A stretch of DNA of 64,000 bases from Deltaproteobacteria bacterium (GCA_033763315.1 JANRKS010000011.1:1-64000); one strand, 5' to 3'; positions 39,239-49,858 are shown, counted from the stretch's first letter. A program made the numbers and translations. Notes: generated by a model not told the origin, from the sequence alone.

Positions 39239-40218
39239 CAGAAATGTCCCGCCACAAAGATGTTGGATGGCGCGAGGCCAACCGACAGGCGTGATGTTTT
39301 TGCTGTTCCTGCACTTGGCGCCGATGTCAGCGTCATCACCAGTGCGACTGTGGCGAGCAAGGCTGACGTGGCCCACAGTCCATCCGCCGTGAAGGCCAGG
39401 CGCCTGACGTCTTGCCGCTTGTCTCGCAAGGCGCTTGTATCGGTCAATGGATACGTCTCGCGCATCTGCTCCAATTCGCGTGATCGTCGCAACGCAAACG
39501 CGCTGCATATGGCGGCCCCTGCGCCCACCGTCGCTGCCAGCACCCATGGCACCGTGGCGCCCGAGGATTCGTGACGAACGGTTGGTGCCGCAGGTGCAGC
39601 ATTACGGCTCAATGCCGGCCGCAAGGGCACCGGAGCGCGCAATGACACGTTCACCACCGATTGTTCGCCCGCGGCCACTTCCACCACACGCAACTCGGAG
39701 CGGCCGTCGGCGGTGGTCACGGTCACGCGGCGGCGCCCTATGTTTACCAGCTGGGGTTTAATAGGGGTTTGACCCACGACCGTGTCGTCCACAAGCACCG
39801 TGGCGCCGTTGACGTTGGTCATCACACGCAGCTCGCCAACGCGCTCGCGGAGCTTGGCGATTTCGTCTTTGACGCTTTTGCTGCGGTCGTCGGAAACCTG
39901 GTTGCCTCCGTCATGCAGGTATTGCTCGAACAGCGAGATGGCCAGCGCGTAGTCATGAAGCTCGAATGCGACTTGCGCCATGTTGTAAAGAATCTGAAAG
40001 CGCGGTGCGAGTTGATACGCGCGACGGAACTCCACCATCGCCCCATCGGCGTTGCCCTCGTTGAACAAGTCAACGCCCCGGCGAAAGTGCGCTTCAGCGC
40101 TCTTGACGTCGCTTTGGCTTGGCGCCGTCTGGGCCAGCGCTTGTGGTGTGTGAATTCCCGGAACCGAGACCGCGAGCCACAGGCAGCAAAGTCGAACTCT
40201 AAAATGGGCTTTCAACAT
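39238..40218 (-). CDS. TPR + PEGA domain protein
   Basis: AEAHFRRGVDLF, ILYNMAQ TPR; GATVLVDDTVVGQTP PEGA; C-terminal hydrophobic segments. Confidence 0.88.
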   Translation of the reverse strand: MLKAHFRVRLCCLWLAVSVPGIHTPQALAQTAPSQSDVKSAEAHFRRGVDLFNEGNADGAMVEFRRAYQLAPRFQILYNMAQVAFELHDYALAISLFEQYLHDGGNQVSDDRSKSVKDEIAKLRERVGELRVMTNVNGATVLVDDTVVGQTPIKPQLVNIGRRRVTVTTADGRSELRVVEVAAGEQSVVNVSLRAPVPLRPALSRNAAPAAPTVRHESSGATVPWVLAATVGAGAAICSAFALRRSRELEQMRETYPLTDTSALRDKRQDVRRLAFTADGLWATSALLATVALVMTLTSAPSAGTAKTSRLSVGLAPSNIFVAGHF

Positions 40219-41719
40219 CGAGGGCGCGTGTGGGTTTGTTAGCGGGTTTGCGATGCAAGGTCACGTCGAACGGGTCGACGGTTGGCGTCTTCGCTGCAAC
40301 AGCGCCTGCGTTGGCTTCGGGTGCTGGCGCGTCGGACCGTGTCCGCGCCAACACGGCGCGCCTTCGGAGGCGCCTGGCAAGCGAAGCTCGGTGCTTGACT
40401 CCGTCACGGCGCGTTTCGGGAGCCATTTCAGGGGCGGCAGGTGGCGGGTTGGGGGCCGATGCAACTTTAACTTGCGGTGGCGGCGGCGCGCTCGACGCCA
40501 TCTGCTGTAGGGCGGGGCTATGGTTCGCGGTGGCCGCAGGCTGTAAGTGGCTGGTTCGCCATGCTAGACCCAGCGCCACGCAAGCCGCCAAGCCGGTGGC
40601 GATCGTTCTTCCGCGTTTGTTGTTTGGTTGCACGGGCAAAGCCTTGTGTGCAACGGTTGGAATCTCATCTTGCAGGGCGGTGCTGCGTGGCAGGCTCATG
40701 GCCGACAAAGGCGTGAAGCGTTCAAAAGTTTCATCAATGGGTAAGCCCCGCAGGCCTCGATCGATGAGTTGCCGCATGCGATCGCGCTCCTGACGGAATG
40801 TGTAGGTCACAACCGCCGCCAGTTGCCGATCGTAAGAATCGCTGTTGCCGGCAATCAATCGATCCAGATCGATTTGCAGTTCAGCGGCGGTGCGATAGCG
40901 ACCCTCGCGGTGCACTGAAAGCGCGCGGCGGCAGATTTGATCAAGCCCCGCAGGTGTGTTTGGCGGCAGCGGCGGAATCTCCAAGGGCTGCGCCGACACA
41001 AGCTTGCGAATGATCGAGGTTTCAGTTTCGCCTTGCCAAAAGCGCCTGTTGGCCGCCGCCTCCCACAACATCACGCCAACGGAGAAGATGTCCGCGCGGC
41101 GATCGACGGCTTCGCCCCGCACTTGCTCAGGTGCCATATAGGCCGCGCGGCCCTTCATGACACCAGGCCGCGTGTGGTGGCCCGCGGCAAGTGACTTCGC
41201 GATCCCGAAATCCAGCACCTTTACCGCGCCATCGTACGTTACAAAGATGTTTTGTGGGCACACATCGCGGTGGACCACGTTCAACGGCACGCCGTCGTAG
41301 CCCGTCAGCTCGTGAGCGTAGTGCAGACCCGCCAACACGTTGCTCAATACCTTGAGACGCAGGGGCAACGCGAATAGATCGGGATCCCGCAGGCGGCTGA
41401 GCAGGGCGTAAAGCGGCTGCCCCTCCAAGAATTCCATGGCCATGAACAGCCGGCCATCCATCTGGCCCACATCGAACGTTTGCACCACATTCGGATGGTT
41501 GAGCCGCACAGCCAGGCGCGCCTCGTCCATGAACATGGCCGCGAAGTCCGCTTCGTGCGCAAGCTCAGGCCACACTCTTTTGACAGCGACGATCTTGGTG
41601 TAGTCGTCGCTGCCTTGTGTGGCGGCCAGGTATAATTCCGCCATGCCACCGCGGGCGATGGGCGCCAGCAGCCGGTAGCGGCTTGGGGCGGAATCCGTTG
41701 AAGCCAAGGACATGCTCAT
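40199..41719 (-). CDS. Ser/Thr protein kinase (Hanks type)
   Basis: ARGGMAELY, VAVK, VHRDVCPQN, DFGIAK, YMAPEQ, DIFSVG. Confidence 0.96.
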   Translation of the reverse strand: MSMSLASTDSAPSRYRLLAPIARGGMAELYLAATQGSDDYTKIVAVKRVWPELAHEADFAAMFMDEARLAVRLNHPNVVQTFDVGQMDGRLFMAMEFLEGQPLYALLSRLRDPDLFALPLRLKVLSNVLAGLHYAHELTGYDGVPLNVVHRDVCPQNIFVTYDGAVKVLDFGIAKSLAAGHHTRPGVMKGRAAYMAPEQVRGEAVDRRADIFSVGVMLWEAAANRRFWQGETETSIIRKLVSAQPLEIPPLPPNTPAGLDQICRRALSVHREGRYRTAAELQIDLDRLIAGNSDSYDRQLAAVVTYTFRQERDRMRQLIDRGLRGLPIDETFERFTPLSAMSLPRSTALQDEIPTVAHKALPVQPNNKRGRTIATGLAACVALGLAWRTSHLQPAATANHSPALQQMASSAPPPPQVKVASAPNPPPAAPEMAPETRRDGVKHRASLARRLRRRAVLARTRSDAPAPEANAGAVAAKTPTVDPFDVTLHRKPANKPTRALDVESPF

Positions 41720-42085
41720 CGTCTCTCGAGCGCAGTCTAGCCACGCGCCCCGACCTCAACGTGAGCTTCGTGTGACAGATCTTGAGCACGCCGTTGCGCT
41801 TGAAACAGAAGTGTTGCGATTGGATCAGCTCTGCGGGCGCTGTGGCGCCTTCACGTCAGTCGGTCGCAGGCTTTGTGGTGGGCCATTCGGCGCCCCGCCA
41901 TCCTTGCATCCCCACTTGATATAGCGGAAGTTGCTCACCACGTGTCGCCTTGTGGGCGAGTTCGCGTGTAAGGTACGCTACCAGAAGTAGAGGCCCGACG
42001 GCAGTGTGGGCGGCGCAACACGCGCATGGCTCGTGCCGATCTCGGTTCTTGTGGGGCGGGGATGGGGGGGTGCATGATGCCGCGC

Positions 42086-42862
42086 ATGAAACCGAACCGA
42101 CTTCATGGCCTTGTGCGTTTGGGTGCTTCTGTTGTTGTGCTTTGTTTGGTGGCGAATCAAGCCGCTGCGGCTCCGCCCAAAGCGCCGTCGGCGAGCAAGT
42201 TGGTTTTTTCGTCGCAAGACAAACTTGTGATCATCGGCGACTCGGTGACGGACGCCGGCCGCAAACCCGCGGGCGAAGGGTTGTTCGACGCGCTTGGAAA
42301 GGGATGGGTGGCGTTGGTGGATGGCCTGCTCAGCAATCTTTACCCGCAGCTAGCGGTGCGCGTGGTGAACAAGGGCACAAGTGGAAACACCACGCGTGAC
42401 CTATTGAAGCGCTGGCAAGATGACGTGATCGCCGGCAAACCCCAGTGGGTGGCGGTGTTCATCGGCATCAACGATGTCTGGCGCCAATTCGATGTGCCTC
42501 GCATCCCGGAGGACGCTGTTCCCATCGACGAGTACGAGCGCAATTTGGAATCCATGATCACCGCCACGCTGCCCAACGTGAAGGGGATGATATTGATGAC
42601 TCCGTTCTATATGGAGCCCAACAAAGCCGACAAAATGCGCATCGCCATGGATCGCTACGGCGCTGTGGTGAGAAAGCTCGCCACCAAATACAAAACGCGC
42701 TTCGTCGATACGCAGGCCGCCTTCGACGAACTCATGCTTCATCACTACCCCGCCACGATCGCCTGGGATCGCATTCATCCCAACCACATCGGCACCATGG
42801 CGTTGGCGCGCGCGTTCCTTAACGCTGTGGGCTTTGATTGGTCGCTGGCGGCGGCGCGATGA
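42086..42862 (+). CDS. secreted SGNH/GDSL hydrolase
   Basis: IGDSVTD, NKGTSGN, IGIND, DRIHP blocks; start approximate. Confidence 0.92.
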   Translation: MKPNRLHGLVRLGASVVVLCLVANQAAAAPPKAPSASKLVFSSQDKLVIIGDSVTDAGRKPAGEGLFDALGKGWVALVDGLLSNLYPQLAVRVVNKGTSGNTTRDLLKRWQDDVIAGKPQWVAVFIGINDVWRQFDVPRIPEDAVPIDEYERNLESMITATLPNVKGMILMTPFYMEPNKADKMRIAMDRYGAVVRKLATKYKTRFVDTQAAFDELMLHHYPATIAWDRIHPNHIGTMALARAFLNAVGFDWSLAAAR

Positions 42863-42882
42863 TGGCTCTGCGTCGTTGACCG

Positions 42883-44916
42883 TTACGACGCGCTGCTGGG
42901 GAAGCTGATGGGTTTGAACGAATCCGGCAGCTGTGGGTCATCGATCAACCCTTGCTGAATTAACGACCCATTGGCTTTCGTTGTCATTTCGGTTTCAAGT
43001 GCGGCCCGTGTGGGCAGCAGATCCCATGCGAGGCCAGCGCCACTGGCGCCTTCGCTTGTGGTCGCAGCGATGCGCTTGACCCACTCGATGCGCTTCGCGG
43101 GCGGCGGGTGGCTATCGAAGGGCGAGCCTGCGTCGGCCAGCGCTTCTGCCAAGGCGACGTCGATGGATGGTTCGGCTGGATCGGTGGCGGCCGCGGCGCG
43201 CGCGGCAGGGACGTACAGATTCGCGATGGGCTGACGGCTGGTTTCGGCCGTTTTCACCAACACGTCAACGTCGCGCGAGAACTCAATCGACCGACGAATG
43301 GCATGCACCAGACCTTGTGAGAAGGCTTCGGCCCCGAACGCAAGCGCGGCAAATTGATCCGCCATCACTTCTTGCAAGCGGCTGGCGCCGTGGGTGATGC
43401 GCAGGTACATGCCGTGAAAGCCCCTGATGAAAAGCCACGCGGGGTTGATCCAACTGGCTCCGCCCCCCTGGGCGATGCCAATGGCCGACTTGAACAGCGA
43501 AGCCTGCACAACCAACGCAAGATCGCCGCGCGCGGTGTCACGGTTTGAGAAGTGACCGTACTCGTGGGCTAGGATCGCTGACAGTTGGCTTACTGTCATT
43601 TCAGGCAACACCCCAAGCCCCAAGATCAAAGACCGCTGCCCTTGATCGCGCATGCGCTTCATCATGCTGCCCATTTCAACAACGGCGATGTCTGTGCCCG
43701 CGGTCAAATACACAGCATCCACGGGCCGCGTTTTGACCCGTGCCGCAATGTCTCGCAACAGGCGCCACAACGCCGGCGCTTCTGCCTCTGTGAGGGCGCG
43801 GCCCAACGAAGGCTCAGGCCCGCGCTTGATGAACAGTGACTTGAGCATCGACCAAACCGAAATGATCGCGCCTATCGCCAACAGAACACAAAGCTTCACG
43901 GGGATCCTGCCAAGCGCCACGAAGGCCATGATCACGCCGCCCGCCAACAAAAGGACCACGGCGATCACGATAGGAATTGAGATGTAAAAGTACGCGGCGC
44001 CGGCGCCGATGAGCCAACCGTAGACGCGGCGAAAGCTGCGGGTGCTGCGATCCAGTGCCTCAGCGTTGCCAGCGGCGCTTTCCACAGCGCGAACGACCTT
44101 GTGGCTCAACCACATGCCGGCCAAGAAGAGGATTCCCAGACCCAGGAGCCACACAGCCAATGTGGCGATGCCCCATTTGGCGTAGCGCCAGCGTCGTACG
44201 TGCTCGGTGACGCCGCTGCGGTCCGCAAAGTCGTTGGCTGCCGTCTGGGGGAATCCAAGCTCAACCGCCTTTTCCAGCGCCACCTGCGCCTCGTTCAAGC
44301 GATCGCTGTTCACCAACCAAAGCGCCTTGTAAAAATAGGTTCCGGGACTGGAGGCGGCTTGCGTTTCAAGCAGCGAGACGTGGTAGCCAAGCTCATCAAG
44401 ATCGTTGCGAGCCAACGCGAGTGTGATCGCCGCGATTGTGACGCTAGGCCCGGGGTGCTGCGTCTTTAGTGCGTCCAGGAGATCAAACGCCTCGCGGAGA
44501 TCTTGCGGCTGGGTTGGCTCCATCAACAATGCTTCCGCCAGCGTCAATTGGGCTTGCCACACCGTCTGTGCCTCCACGGCCTGGCGGGCGTAGCGTAGCG
44601 CCTCTGGTTTGTGGGCTTCCTCCCGTTCAAGGGACGAGAGGCGCCATAGTGTTGGAGCGTGGTTCGGTGCCTTAGCGAGAACACCCAAGAATGCTTGCTT
44701 CGCTGCAGCCACGTGGCCGTCGTCCATCTGCTGCGTGGCGGCGGCAAAATCGGCGGCAAGGTCTGGTGAAATCTCCCTGAGCGGGGCCGCGAACCCGGCT
44801 TCCTTCGCGGGGTCGCGGGGCTGCCGCGCGGGGGCGGCGGAAGCGCGTGCCGGGCAAGCCAACGCCAGAATGAACGTGATTGCAATGAGGCTGAACCGCG
44901 ACCTTGTGTGGGCCAT
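42883..44916 (-). CDS. TPR-containing M48-family membrane metalloprotease
   Basis: Signal peptide, TPR helices, TMs, LAHEYGH, EVMAD, SHPP..RI. Confidence 0.88.
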   Translation of the reverse strand: MAHTRSRFSLIAITFILALACPARASAAPARQPRDPAKEAGFAAPLREISPDLAADFAAATQQMDDGHVAAAKQAFLGVLAKAPNHAPTLWRLSSLEREEAHKPEALRYARQAVEAQTVWQAQLTLAEALLMEPTQPQDLREAFDLLDALKTQHPGPSVTIAAITLALARNDLDELGYHVSLLETQAASSPGTYFYKALWLVNSDRLNEAQVALEKAVELGFPQTAANDFADRSGVTEHVRRWRYAKWGIATLAVWLLGLGILFLAGMWLSHKVVRAVESAAGNAEALDRSTRSFRRVYGWLIGAGAAYFYISIPIVIAVVLLLAGGVIMAFVALGRIPVKLCVLLAIGAIISVWSMLKSLFIKRGPEPSLGRALTEAEAPALWRLLRDIAARVKTRPVDAVYLTAGTDIAVVEMGSMMKRMRDQGQRSLILGLGVLPEMTVSQLSAILAHEYGHFSNRDTARGDLALVVQASLFKSAIGIAQGGGASWINPAWLFIRGFHGMYLRITHGASRLQEVMADQFAALAFGAEAFSQGLVHAIRRSIEFSRDVDVLVKTAETSRQPIANLYVPAARAAAATDPAEPSIDVALAEALADAGSPFDSHPPPAKRIEWVKRIAATTSEGASGAGLAWDLLPTRAALETEMTTKANGSLIQQGLIDDPQLPDSFKPISFPSSAS

Positions 44917-45055
44917 GCAGCTTTATCGGCAAGGCACGTCCAAAGGTTGCTGCAAAAGCGTCGACGCCGGCGTGCCAGCAATGAATTAACGATCGATTCG
45001 CCATACCCGCGGCTTTTATCGTCAGCCAACGTACACAAGCGGTTAACATGGCGCC

Positions 45056-46390
45056 GTGAAACCGGTGGCTTGGCTTTACGTGTTCCTGCTCGCCAGTGGC
45101 GGCTCGTGCAGTTCTCGCGCGCAAGTTGCAGCAGGCGATGGAGGCAGTGGGGGAGGGCAAGACTTCGGGGGGCGCGGTGGTGAGGCGGGTGCGTCCGCCT
45201 CGGGCGGCCAGAGAACTGGAGGCCAAGGAGGCGTTGGCGGCAGTGTCGCCCAGCCCGCTGGTGGCCAAGGTGCCATGGCAAACAATTCCGGCGGCGTCGG
45301 AGGATCTATGATGCAAGCAAAAGCAAAAACCTGGGTGTTCGTCGGCGGCTACGGAACAAACATCGAGACCTTCAGCTTCGATCCCGACACGGGTGCCCTG
45401 ACGTCGTCCGGCCTCACGGAGGGGGTGCCCGAGGCGCCCACGTTCTTGGCCCTGGACGAACCGCGCAAACTGTTGTTTGCGATCAGTGAGAAGGGTGGGC
45501 CCGATGCCCCGCAACCAGGCCGGGCGACTTCGTTTCGCATCGACGTTAGCACTGGCAAACTCGCGCGCATGAGTGAAGTCTCAGCGGGTGGCAGCAACAC
45601 AGTGTTTGTGGTGCCAAGCCGCGCGGGCAAGAATCTGCTGACCGCCAGTTCCAGCACCGCCGCGGGCACCATTGCGGTGATACCGATGACGGAGGACGGC
45701 ACTCTGCGTGCGCCAAGCGATTCGGTAGTCGCAGGCAAGAACGCGCACGGTCTTGTGCAATCTCCCGATGGCCAGTGGATCTGGGCTGTTTGCCGTGGCG
45801 ACGATTTGATCGCACAGTACAGGCTCGACGAAACACAGGGCAAACTGACGCCGCTTGGCACAGCCTTGGTGACCATTGTCGATAAGCCGGCCGGGCCGCG
45901 GCACATCGCCGTTCATCCCACGCTCAAGGTCGTTTACGTTCTGCTCGATTGGGGCGGCAAGATTGTGACCTACAGTTACGGTGCCGACGGGCTGTTGTCG
46001 AACCCACGCGCGGTGTCCGTTTTTCCGCAAGGCAAGCAACCAACCGCGGCGGCGGGAACGCAAACGGCTGCGGAACTCGCGGTGTCGGCGGACGGCAAAC
46101 ACGTGTATGCCACCACGCGCGCGGCAAACTTCCAGAGCATCGCGATTTTGAACGTTGCAAATGATGGTCAACTGGCTTTGGCAGCCAACGAACAAGCGGA
46201 CGGCATGATCAAAGGGCCGCGCCACTTCTCACTCACCTCTGACAACCAGCATCTTGTGCTGGCGAACCAGGATAATGACACTTTGCTTGTGTTCAAAGTT
46301 GATGTTGGGACGGGCAAGCTTGCGCGACTGGGGGCGCCGATCGCCACGAAAGTGAAAATGCCCAACGCCGTGGCGATCGGGCGGTTCTAA
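45056..46390 (+). CDS. 6-phosphogluconolactonase-like beta-propeller, exported
   Basis: AHGLVQSPDG, GPRHIAVHP, SADGKHVYATTR, PRHFSL..LANQ. Confidence 0.88.
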   Translation: MKPVAWLYVFLLASGGSCSSRAQVAAGDGGSGGGQDFGGRGGEAGASASGGQRTGGQGGVGGSVAQPAGGQGAMANNSGGVGGSMMQAKAKTWVFVGGYGTNIETFSFDPDTGALTSSGLTEGVPEAPTFLALDEPRKLLFAISEKGGPDAPQPGRATSFRIDVSTGKLARMSEVSAGGSNTVFVVPSRAGKNLLTASSSTAAGTIAVIPMTEDGTLRAPSDSVVAGKNAHGLVQSPDGQWIWAVCRGDDLIAQYRLDETQGKLTPLGTALVTIVDKPAGPRHIAVHPTLKVVYVLLDWGGKIVTYSYGADGLLSNPRAVSVFPQGKQPTAAAGTQTAAELAVSADGKHVYATTRAANFQSIAILNVANDGQLALAANEQADGMIKGPRHFSLTSDNQHLVLANQDNDTLLVFKVDVGTGKLARLGAPIATKVKMPNAVAIGRF

Positions 46391-46393
46391 TGC

Positions 46394-46819
46394 TCACGGC
46401 GCGCAGGTTGCTTTGCCACCCACCACATTACAAGCGCCAGCGCACGCCATCTCAACCCGCCACACACCGATGTCGCCCGAGACGTTTTGGTGAGGCTGTT
46501 CGCTGACCCACACGCAGCGGACCAGCTGGTTGGCGGCGGTGCACGACTTTGTGTTTTTGGCATGGCAGGGACTTTCAACAATGGGCTTGCGGCAGCTTGA
46601 ATCCGTCAGGCCACCGCACACGAGCCCTTCGGCCACGCAGTCTTTGTCCACCAGGTTGCCACCATCGCCTTGCGGCTCCTTCACACACGTCTGCAGCGTG
46701 TTGCCTTCACAATTGGTAAAGCCCGGTGGATTACACGGCCGCTCGCTGCTGCCGCACCCCGCGAGGGCGCCAAGCAGCAGTACTACCAACAAAGAAGCTT
46801 TCACAGGCCATCTGGTCAT
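46394..46819 (-). CDS. small Cys-rich lipoprotein (two 6-Cys modules)
   Basis: LAGC lipobox followed by 12 Cys in two similar blocks. Confidence 0.75.
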   Translation of the reverse strand: MTRWPVKASLLVVLLLGALAGCGSSERPCNPPGFTNCEGNTLQTCVKEPQGDGGNLVDKDCVAEGLVCGGLTDSSCRKPIVESPCHAKNTKSCTAANQLVRCVWVSEQPHQNVSGDIGVWRVEMACAGACNVVGGKATCAP

Positions 46820-46981
46820 CGCGGGCCCCCATCGGCAGAAACGTCGAGGGGTTGAGCGCGTGGGGCTGCGACCAAAGCCGGGTGGCCACGGTACCCGGTG
46901 TAGACAACAGCCCGGTCAGTAGAAAACTTTTTCGATTTCCTTTGCTAAAGCGGGGGACCCCGGGTGCTTTAGGGACATCAC

Positions 46982-47491
46982 ATGGAGGCTGAGACGAAGC
47001 GACAGCGACTCGGACGGACATACGACCGATTCGGCGGATTGGTGTTCCGCCGCGCCATGAAGCTGTTGCAGGATGAGGCGGGGGCACGGGATACGTGCCA
47101 CGAGGTGTTCGCAGCTCTGCTGCGCGACGATGGGCCGCTCAACCGGCCGGATGACGAGCTTCTGGCTTGGTTGTACCGCGCCACCACGAACCATTGCCTA
47201 AATGATCTGCGCAACCGCCGCAGGCGGACGGCACTGTTGGCTGCGGGAGAGGCCCCGGCGCTTATGGCCGCAACGGGCCTACCCCTGGGGCTTCTGCTGC
47301 GCGGGATGCCGGAGGATCTGCAGCCCTACGCGATCTTTTATTACATCGACGAAATGACCCAACAGGAGATCGCGGAGGTCATGAGTGTTTCTCAACGAAC
47401 GGTCTGCGGCCGTCTCCAGGAGTTGCGGGCATTTCTTGACGCCAATTTTTCGGAGACAAAAGCAGCAGTGAAGGAAGGCAAACTCGGATGA
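46982..47491 (+). CDS. ECF sigma-70 factor
   Basis: ARDTCHEVF, AWLYRATTNHCLNDLR (region 2); MTQQEIAEVMSVSQRTV (region 4). Confidence 0.92.
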   Translation: MEAETKRQRLGRTYDRFGGLVFRRAMKLLQDEAGARDTCHEVFAALLRDDGPLNRPDDELLAWLYRATTNHCLNDLRNRRRRTALLAAGEAPALMAATGLPLGLLLRGMPEDLQPYAIFYYIDEMTQQEIAEVMSVSQRTVCGRLQELRAFLDANFSETKAAVKEGKLG

Positions 47492-48234
47492 ATCACGAAA
47501 CCAAGCAAGGCATGCCAACGCAGCGCTGTCCGAGCGATTACGCGATCGACTGCCACGTATTTTTGTCGGGTGTGAAGGATCAACCGGAAGTCGCCGCTCA
47601 CCTCCGCACGTGCGTTCTGTGTCATCGACGACTCAAGATCGCGCTTGAGACAATGGCACCGTCTGGCGTGAATGACTGGCAGACGCCCAAACCGTTGTCT
47701 GCGCGTCGGCGATATTGGGTAACGGCATCTGTACTGGTAGCGGCGGCAAGCTGCGCGCTCCTCGTCAGGCCCCAGCGTCCACAATCGTCCAGCGAGCGGA
47801 CCAAAGGTGGCGATGTCCATCTAAACGTCATTGGACGCAGCCCCGAAGGTCGCGTACGCCGTCTATTGTCCGGGGAAGCCGTGCAGCCATCTGAACGCCT
47901 GCGTTTCGAGGTTGTGGGTGGCCCCGGATACGCCGCTGTGATCTCAATCGATTCCGCAGGCGTGGTTACGCCGTTTCTCCCCGCGGCTGGTGCAGCGGCA
48001 CCATTAACGGCAGGCTCGACGCTTCTGCGGGGCGCCGTGGCGCTGGACGAAGTACTGGGGACTGAACGCATGCTGCTTGCTGTGTGCTCGCATGCGTTCG
48101 ACGTGGCCGCGATGGTTCATTCGGCAAACGTTCGCCTGGATGCGGTTGCGGGCCAGGCAAACGACATCACGAAGCTGACCCTGCCGGGCGACTGCCGCTT
48201 TGATGCTTTCAATCTAAAAAAGGCGAACCCATGA
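47488..48234 (+). CDS. putative anti-sigma factor: zinc-finger HxxxCxxC, TM, DUF4384-like domain
   Basis: HLRTCVLC; hydrophobic segment; RTKGG, ERLRFEV, ALDEVLGTER; ATGA overlap with the sigma gene. Confidence 0.75.
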   Translation: MNHETKQGMPTQRCPSDYAIDCHVFLSGVKDQPEVAAHLRTCVLCHRRLKIALETMAPSGVNDWQTPKPLSARRRYWVTASVLVAAASCALLVRPQRPQSSSERTKGGDVHLNVIGRSPEGRVRRLLSGEAVQPSERLRFEVVGGPGYAAVISIDSAGVVTPFLPAAGAAAPLTAGSTLLRGAVALDEVLGTERMLLAVCSHAFDVAAMVHSANVRLDAVAGQANDITKLTLPGDCRFDAFNLKKANP

Positions 48235-49847
48235 CAACGACACTTTCGAAAGTCACCGTTGCGCTGGCGGTGTGCCTCTGTCTGCTGCCAGTCACCACGG
48301 CCCACGCAAAGCGCACCCATCGATACGCGCTCCTCATCGGTGCAAACCTCGGCGGTCGCGGCGTCACGCCGCTGCGGTACGCAGAATCGGATGCGCAGCG
48401 CTTGGCGGAAACACTTCGATCGCTTGGTGGTTTCCCAGCCGATCAAGTTGTTGTGATGAATGGAGTGAACGCATCTGATGTTCGAGACGCTCTCATCAAT
48501 TTGAACGCACGTCTGCGCAACGTCGCCGACGAGGCGGTGCTGCTGGTGTACTACTCTGGCCACGCCACAGGTGACAGCCTGCAGTTGTCGGACTCGCGCC
48601 TTGATGTCCATGAACTCAGCTCGCTCCTGCAAGGCTCGGCAGCGGCCACGCGGTTGCTTATCTTGGACGCATGCCGGTCGGGCGAGGCCACGCGCGTGAA
48701 AGGCGGCCGCCCGGCGCCCGAGTTCGAGGTTCTGTTCGGTGAGCCTTTGCCGAAAGGGGTGGCCATCCTAACATCGAGCGCAGCCACCGAGGATTCCCAA
48801 GAGTCGGAGACCCTGCGGGGGTCGTTCTTTTCTCACTTCTTCAACTCAGCGCTCATGGGAGCGGCTGACACCAACACCGACGGCACGGTGTCTGTATCAG
48901 AAGCTTTTGGGTTCGCCTCGCGTGAGACCAGTGCCGCGACCTTATACACGCAAGCGGGCCCCCAGCACCCGACCTTCAAGATTGATTGGGGTGGTCGCGA
49001 AGATCTCGTTCTCACTAGGCCGCGGACGCTTTCCCCTCAATCAGGTGCGCTGCAGTTTATGGATGCGGGCCGCTATGTGGTGAGCGCCAAAGACGCGCGT
49101 TCGGGTGTGGACTTGCCGGTGGCGGAAGTGGCCGCGCGCACGGGCGGCACGATGTTGGCGCTGCAACCAGGGACCTACCGGATCGTACGCCGCGGCTCCG
49201 ACCACGTGCTCGAGGGGCAGGCCGATGTGCACGGCGGAGATGTGGTGCGTCTGTCTTCGGAAGACATGAAACGCCACAGCTACGCCCGCGGTGTCCGCAA
49301 GGGTGGCAGCATGGGCGTCAGCCACAGCGTGGTGGTTGCTGGCGGCCTGGGTTGGAATCCGCTTGTGGAGAACATTGGCCCGATTGGGCTTTTGACTTAT
49401 CGGCAAGACCGCCGGGTGTTCTCCGGAGAAGTTCGGCTTGCGGGCGAGATGAGCAACCGTCTCCATCACGATCTGCGGCTTTACAGCAAGTCAGTGAGCC
49501 TCACCGCCGCAGCGATTTTGCCGAAAGACTTTGATTGGATCACGTTGGCGGCTGGTGTGGGGTTCGGCCTCGCCGCCATTCATCAGACGGCTGACGTCAG
49601 TTATAACGAATTCGGTCCCGGCCTCCAGGCTCCGCGCTTACCAGAGCAGTTGCCGTCGACGTTGTCTTGGGCTGCGACCGCGGTTCCCCTGCTGCAGGCA
49701 GAGCTGCCGCTCAAGGCGCGAGGCTATCTGCGATTGGAGGCGGCCTTGCCGCTTGAGTGGATGCGCACGCAGGAAGACGCTCTGCACTCTCAGCGGCGTT
49801 TGTTCTTGAGCGCGCGGTTGCTCCTGGGTTTTGGCTTTTATCTTTAA
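48231..49847 (+). CDS. exported caspase-like peptidase (C14) with C-terminal beta-strand-rich domain
   Basis: Signal peptide; RYALLIGAN, LRYAESDA, YYSGH (His), LDACRSG (Cys), SQES. Confidence 0.9.
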   Translation: MTTTLSKVTVALAVCLCLLPVTTAHAKRTHRYALLIGANLGGRGVTPLRYAESDAQRLAETLRSLGGFPADQVVVMNGVNASDVRDALINLNARLRNVADEAVLLVYYSGHATGDSLQLSDSRLDVHELSSLLQGSAAATRLLILDACRSGEATRVKGGRPAPEFEVLFGEPLPKGVAILTSSAATEDSQESETLRGSFFSHFFNSALMGAADTNTDGTVSVSEAFGFASRETSAATLYTQAGPQHPTFKIDWGGREDLVLTRPRTLSPQSGALQFMDAGRYVVSAKDARSGVDLPVAEVAARTGGTMLALQPGTYRIVRRGSDHVLEGQADVHGGDVVRLSSEDMKRHSYARGVRKGGSMGVSHSVVVAGGLGWNPLVENIGPIGLLTYRQDRRVFSGEVRLAGEMSNRLHHDLRLYSKSVSLTAAAILPKDFDWITLAAGVGFGLAAIHQTADVSYNEFGPGLQAPRLPEQLPSTLSWAATAVPLLQAELPLKARGYLRLEAALPLEWMRTQEDALHSQRRLFLSARLLLGFGFYL

Positions 49848-49858
49848 GGAGAGTTCAG

